A DNA stretch of 63,779 bases, counting the filler, from Folioceros fuciformis (taxonomy: Eukaryota), in NCBI GenBank assembly GCA_049999805.1. It is 5 parts of 4 records of this genome, joined end to end, with 100 filler letters (N's around TTAATTAATTAA, not from the genome) between each part and the next. Parts side by side here need not be neighbours in the genome. Positions count along the whole stretch, not along the records: positions 58,442 to 63,779 come from JBNGIO010006375.1; 4 more parts are not named here. The stretch is one strand, 5' to 3'. Below, piece after piece: positions 59,708 through 63,779 of this stretch (the first letter of the stretch is position 1; each line of letters starts with the position of its first letter). The notes under the pieces were generated by a model, which had not been told where the DNA came from, made no database searches, and saw only the letters and a list, made by a program, of their open reading frames with translations. Position numbers and translations under genes: made by a program.

Positions 59708-62700
59708 GGAGAGAAGGTTGATCGAAGCGAGGAGGATGGAGGGATCAATCCTCCTAAGACAACAACAGCAAGGGAGGCTTTGGCCATGAAGGTTGCTGGA
59801 TTTGCTGACGCCTTGCTTGACCAGGAGTTTGTGGTGAGCTTGAGACAGCTCTTGTCTGTTAGTCCCAAGGCCAGGAAGATCGTCAAGGAAGCCATCCGAG
59901 GGATACCGGAGCCACTCGAAGGGAAGACAGTCCCGACTTGGATGAGTTCAGTGGAGTTGGCTGATTGTGGAGCTCCTGAAATAGAGGTGGAGATTGCAGG
60001 TTGTCTGGTACCGGATGTACCGTTGGATACGGGGTCTGGTGTCAATCTCATGACGGAGGACACAGCCCCTCGTTTGGGGTTCACGGAGTTCGACCCTATC
60101 CGCGTGTACCTTCGGATGGCAGATCAGACCAAGAGGAAGCCTCTAGGAGTGTTGAAGGATGTGCCCACGGTGATAGGAGGGATCATGTTCAAGCTAACCT
60201 ACATTGTCATGAGGCCAGTGTCTGACCTAGGGTACAAGGTGCTCCTTGGGAGACCGTGGTTGTACGGAACAGCTTGTGTGTTTGATTTTGGCAGGACAGG
60301 TGTGACCTTTAGGTCTAAACCTACAGGACCTGCTGAAGTTTCGTTTGTCTCGTGGAGCAAAGCTCCCTATGGGGGAGAAACAGCAGGACCATTCCCCGGG
60401 TACACATCCGGTAGTGCTGGAGGTAGCACTTCCAGCAGTACAGGAGCCTACAAGGGAGTAGGGCATACTGTCAGGATGGTGGATTTGGGTCAAGAGGTGA
60501 CTTGTTTCCATACTGAAGTGGTGGAGAATGAAGATCCACAGGAGGATGAAGAGCAAAGGGAAGGAGCTGCCTTTTGGAAGGGGAAAGCCTATGACTATGA
60601 TTTCCCAGAAGAAGGATCAGGAACAAGTGTAGGGAGTAGTCCCGAAGGAGTTTACGTGGATCCCGATGCTGTTGAGGACATGGAGTTGACCCCAGGGAAG
60701 AAGGTCAAGGTGTCCAAGTACCTCACACCCAAGGAGAAGGTAGGTTTGAAGGCACTGTTGACTGAATATTTGGATGTGTTTGCCTTCAAGGTGACGGACA
60801 TGACAGGTGTTCCAGAGGAGCTGGGTGTTCATAGGATAGATCTCAAGGAGGGAAGCACACCGGTTCGGGTGAAGCAATACCGATTGAACCCAAAGTACTC
60901 CATGGTTGTGAAGGAGCAGTTGGATCAGTACTTGGAGGCTGGAGTCATCTATCCTGTCCTAACTAGTGAGTGGGTAGCTCCAATTGTGGTGGTGCCTAAG
61001 AAGCAAGCTGGCAAGGTGAGGGTTTGCCAGGACTTTAGGAAGCTCAATGAGGCGACCAAGAAAGACCATCATCCACTCCCTTTTATGGACAGTGTGCTGG
61101 ACACAGTTGCTGGACATGAGATGTACAGTTTCCTAGATGGGTATTCAGGTTACAATCAGATCACACTGAGGGAGGAGGATCGCGACAAGACGACTTTCAC
61201 AACTGATTGGGGGACGTACGCCTACACCAAGTTGCCTTTTGGGCTCTGCAATGCTCCGGCAACTTTTCAGCGGGTGGTGAATACCATTTTCAAGGAGTTC
61301 CTTCGGAAGTTCATGGAGGTGTTCTTGGATGACTTTTGTGTCTTTGGAAGGAGGTACCTACACTTGGAACAGCTAAGGAAGTGCTTGCAGAGGTGTAGGG
61401 AGACTAACCTCAAGTTGCATCCGGGGAAGTGTTTCTTTTGCATGACGGAGGGTATCTTGCTAGCCCATAGAGTTTCAGCCAGGGGGTTGCAAGTCGACAT
61501 GGAAAAGGTGAAGATCATCTCGGAGATGGATGCACCTCAGAGCATGAGACAGGTTAGAGCTTTCATTGGGTTGGTGGGTTACTACAGGAGATTCATCAAG
61601 GACTTCGCTAAGAAGGCGGCAGCTTTGACCCAGCTAACGAAGAAGGATGTGCTGTATGAGTGGACCCCGGAGCGGGAGGAAGCGTTTCAGGATTTGAAGA
61701 GGAGTTTGGTGGCAGCACCCACATTGAGCCCACCAAATTGGGAGAAGACCTTTCATGTGTATGTGGATGTGTCAGCCTATGCTATAGGGGCCACCCTCAG
61801 CCAACAAGACGACAAGAAGAGGGATCACCCTATCTTCTATGCCGGAAGGCAACTCACGGATGCGGAGAGGAATTACTCCACAACGGAGAGAGAAGCTTTG
61901 GGCATCATCTACGCTTGTAAGAAGTTTCGTCACTATCTTCTAGCTTGCAAGGTAGTATTTCATGTGGACCACTTTGCTTTGAAGTATCTTGTGAACAAGC
62001 CTGACCTATCAGGGAGGATCGCTAGGTGGATTCTCTTGCTACAGGAGTTTGATTTTGAGGTGGAAACAAGAGCAGGGAAGAGCCATGTTAATGCTGACTT
62101 TGTTTCTAGACTCAAAACCAAAGGGAAGGTTAGAGAAACGGATGACAGGTTTCCTGATGAGGAGTTGATTGCTGCTGTACATACAGTAGAAGAGGGAGAA
62201 TTCGATGAACAGGTTACCGGTGAGGGAGGAGGAACCTCTACAAGGGTTGAGAGTAGCCAGAAGGTCAGCCAAGCTCGAAGGAAGAGGAACCGCCGTAGCG
62301 ACAGGTTGGGAAGGCCTTGTGCTAGGCAATTGCTACCAGTTGAGGTGAGGAGATTTTTGGAGTTTGGAATCATGCCCGCTGGATTGAGCCGCGAGGGTAG
62401 GGCAGTGTTCTTGCACAAGACAGGCCCATATTGTTTGAAGCAAGGGGTCTTGTACAAACTAGGCCCAGATGGTAAGGTGAGGCGTTGTTTGGAAGTGAAT
62501 GAAGGTGTTGTGGTGACCGAAGCTTTGCATGCGGAAGAGGTAGGAGGCCACTATTCAGTCCCCATTACCATCAAGAAGATCTTGGATACTGGGTTTTGGT
62601 GGGCTACCATGCAGAGGGATGTGTGGGAGTTTGTAAGAAGGTGTGATGCTTGTCAAAGGGTAGGGAGACCCACATTGACAACCAGGTGGCCGTTGACCTA

Positions 62701-63779
62701 CATTTTGCCGTTGGCTCCGTTCGAGAAGTGGGGGATCGACTTTGTAGGGCCGATTCGTCCACCTACTCGCTGGACAAGGAAGCAATACATCTTAGTGGCG
62801 ACGGACTACTGTACCAAGATGGTGGAGGCAGAGGCTACCCGACGGGACGATGCCCCAACAGTGGCCAAATTTCTGTTTGAGAACATCATCACACGCTATG
62901 GGTGTCCATTGGAGTTGGTCAGCGACAGAGGTACACATTTTCTCAATGAAGTCATCACCGCCTTGACCACCTACTTCAACATTCGACATAGGAAGACCAC
63001 TCCTTACAATCCGAAGGCGAATGGGTTAACGGAGAAGACCAATGGTCTTTTGGGGACCATCTTGACCAAGGTGACTGTGACTCACATATACGATTGGGAT
63101 ACCAAGTTGCATTCAGCACTTTGGGCTTACAGGACGGCAGAGAAGATCACCACGAAGAGGACTCCATACTACTTGACCTATGGTATGTCGCCTGTTCTTC
63201 CCATTGAGTTTGAGATTCCCACTCACCGTGTCATGGAGGAGGCTAGGCTACCGGTGAGGGAGAGCCAAGAAGCTAGGTTGGAAGCTTTCATCACCTACGA
63301 GGAGGACCGAGAAGAAGCCTTGGAGGAGACACATAGGATACAAGAGCAAAGGAAAATCCGCCACGATGGTAGGTTGAGGAAGAAGGAGACCATCGTACAG
63401 GGCGATCTGGTGCTACTGTATGACAGTAGGTACATGGATTTCCCAGGTAAGCTGAGGCTGAGATGGATGGGTCCTTACAAGGTGGAGGAAGTGTTTGAGA
63501 ATGGGTCTGTCCAGTTGAGGGTATTGGATGGTGATTTGTTGCCAACTAGGGTCAATGGTTGGCAAGTCAAGAAGTATTATCAACCCTGAGAGGGTTAGTT
63601 GTTTGCGAGGACGCAAACAGCTGAGAAGGGGGGCATGTGAACCTCCAAAGTTTGGGGTAGTAGTTTGTTTTGGTTGAAAAAGGGTTAATAGTGGTATGGT
63701 TTGGTTTTCTTTTTCAACTTATTTTCCCTAATTTTCCTTGATTTTCTGGTCATTTTTCCTATTTTTCTTTGTGCTAATT
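59708..63779 (+). mobile_element. Non-chromovirus Ty3/gypsy pol (protease, RT, RNase H, integrase) with PPT and start of 3' LTR
   Basis: LDTGSG, LDGYSGYNQI, PFGLCNAPATFQR, FLDDF, NYSTTERE, WGIDFVGP, SDRGTHF, WMGPY; no chromodomain; stop at 63589; PPT GAGAAGGGGGG, then TGTGAA at 63636. Confidence 0.95.

Overview
Gene-dense plant nuclear scaffold with short (~80-120 nt) GT-AG introns, broken by N-gaps, four of which contain an artificial TTAATTAATTAA spacer. A PLS-PPR gene with a WW-type PG box and the compact introns suggest a seed-free plant, probably a hornwort (inference). Host genes: a membrane-anchored coiled-coil protein, an F-box protein, a divergent mRNA capping enzyme homolog, a likely plastid protein of unknown function, PLS- and P-class PPR proteins, a two-helix LHC/PsbS-like protein, a PTS1-bearing unknown protein, aminopeptidase P, a CHZ-motif protein and ATAD3. 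Mobile elements: a CRE-like non-LTR retrotransposon next to telomere-motif repeats, three related short-LTR Ty1/copia elements, a copia/gypsy chimera, and a ~3-kb repeat unit carrying captured gene fragments. Main observations: (1) two divergent copia elements share two apparently homologous accessory ORFs between PBS and gag, and the intact one also carries a candidate spliced antisense gene after pol; (2) the capping-enzyme homolog keeps its exon structure but has lost catalytic residues in both domains, so it is a candidate pseudo-enzyme; (3) the 3-kb unit holds SDG2/ATXR3-like GYF and PPR PG-box fragments. All homology calls are from motif recognition by eye; no searches were run.
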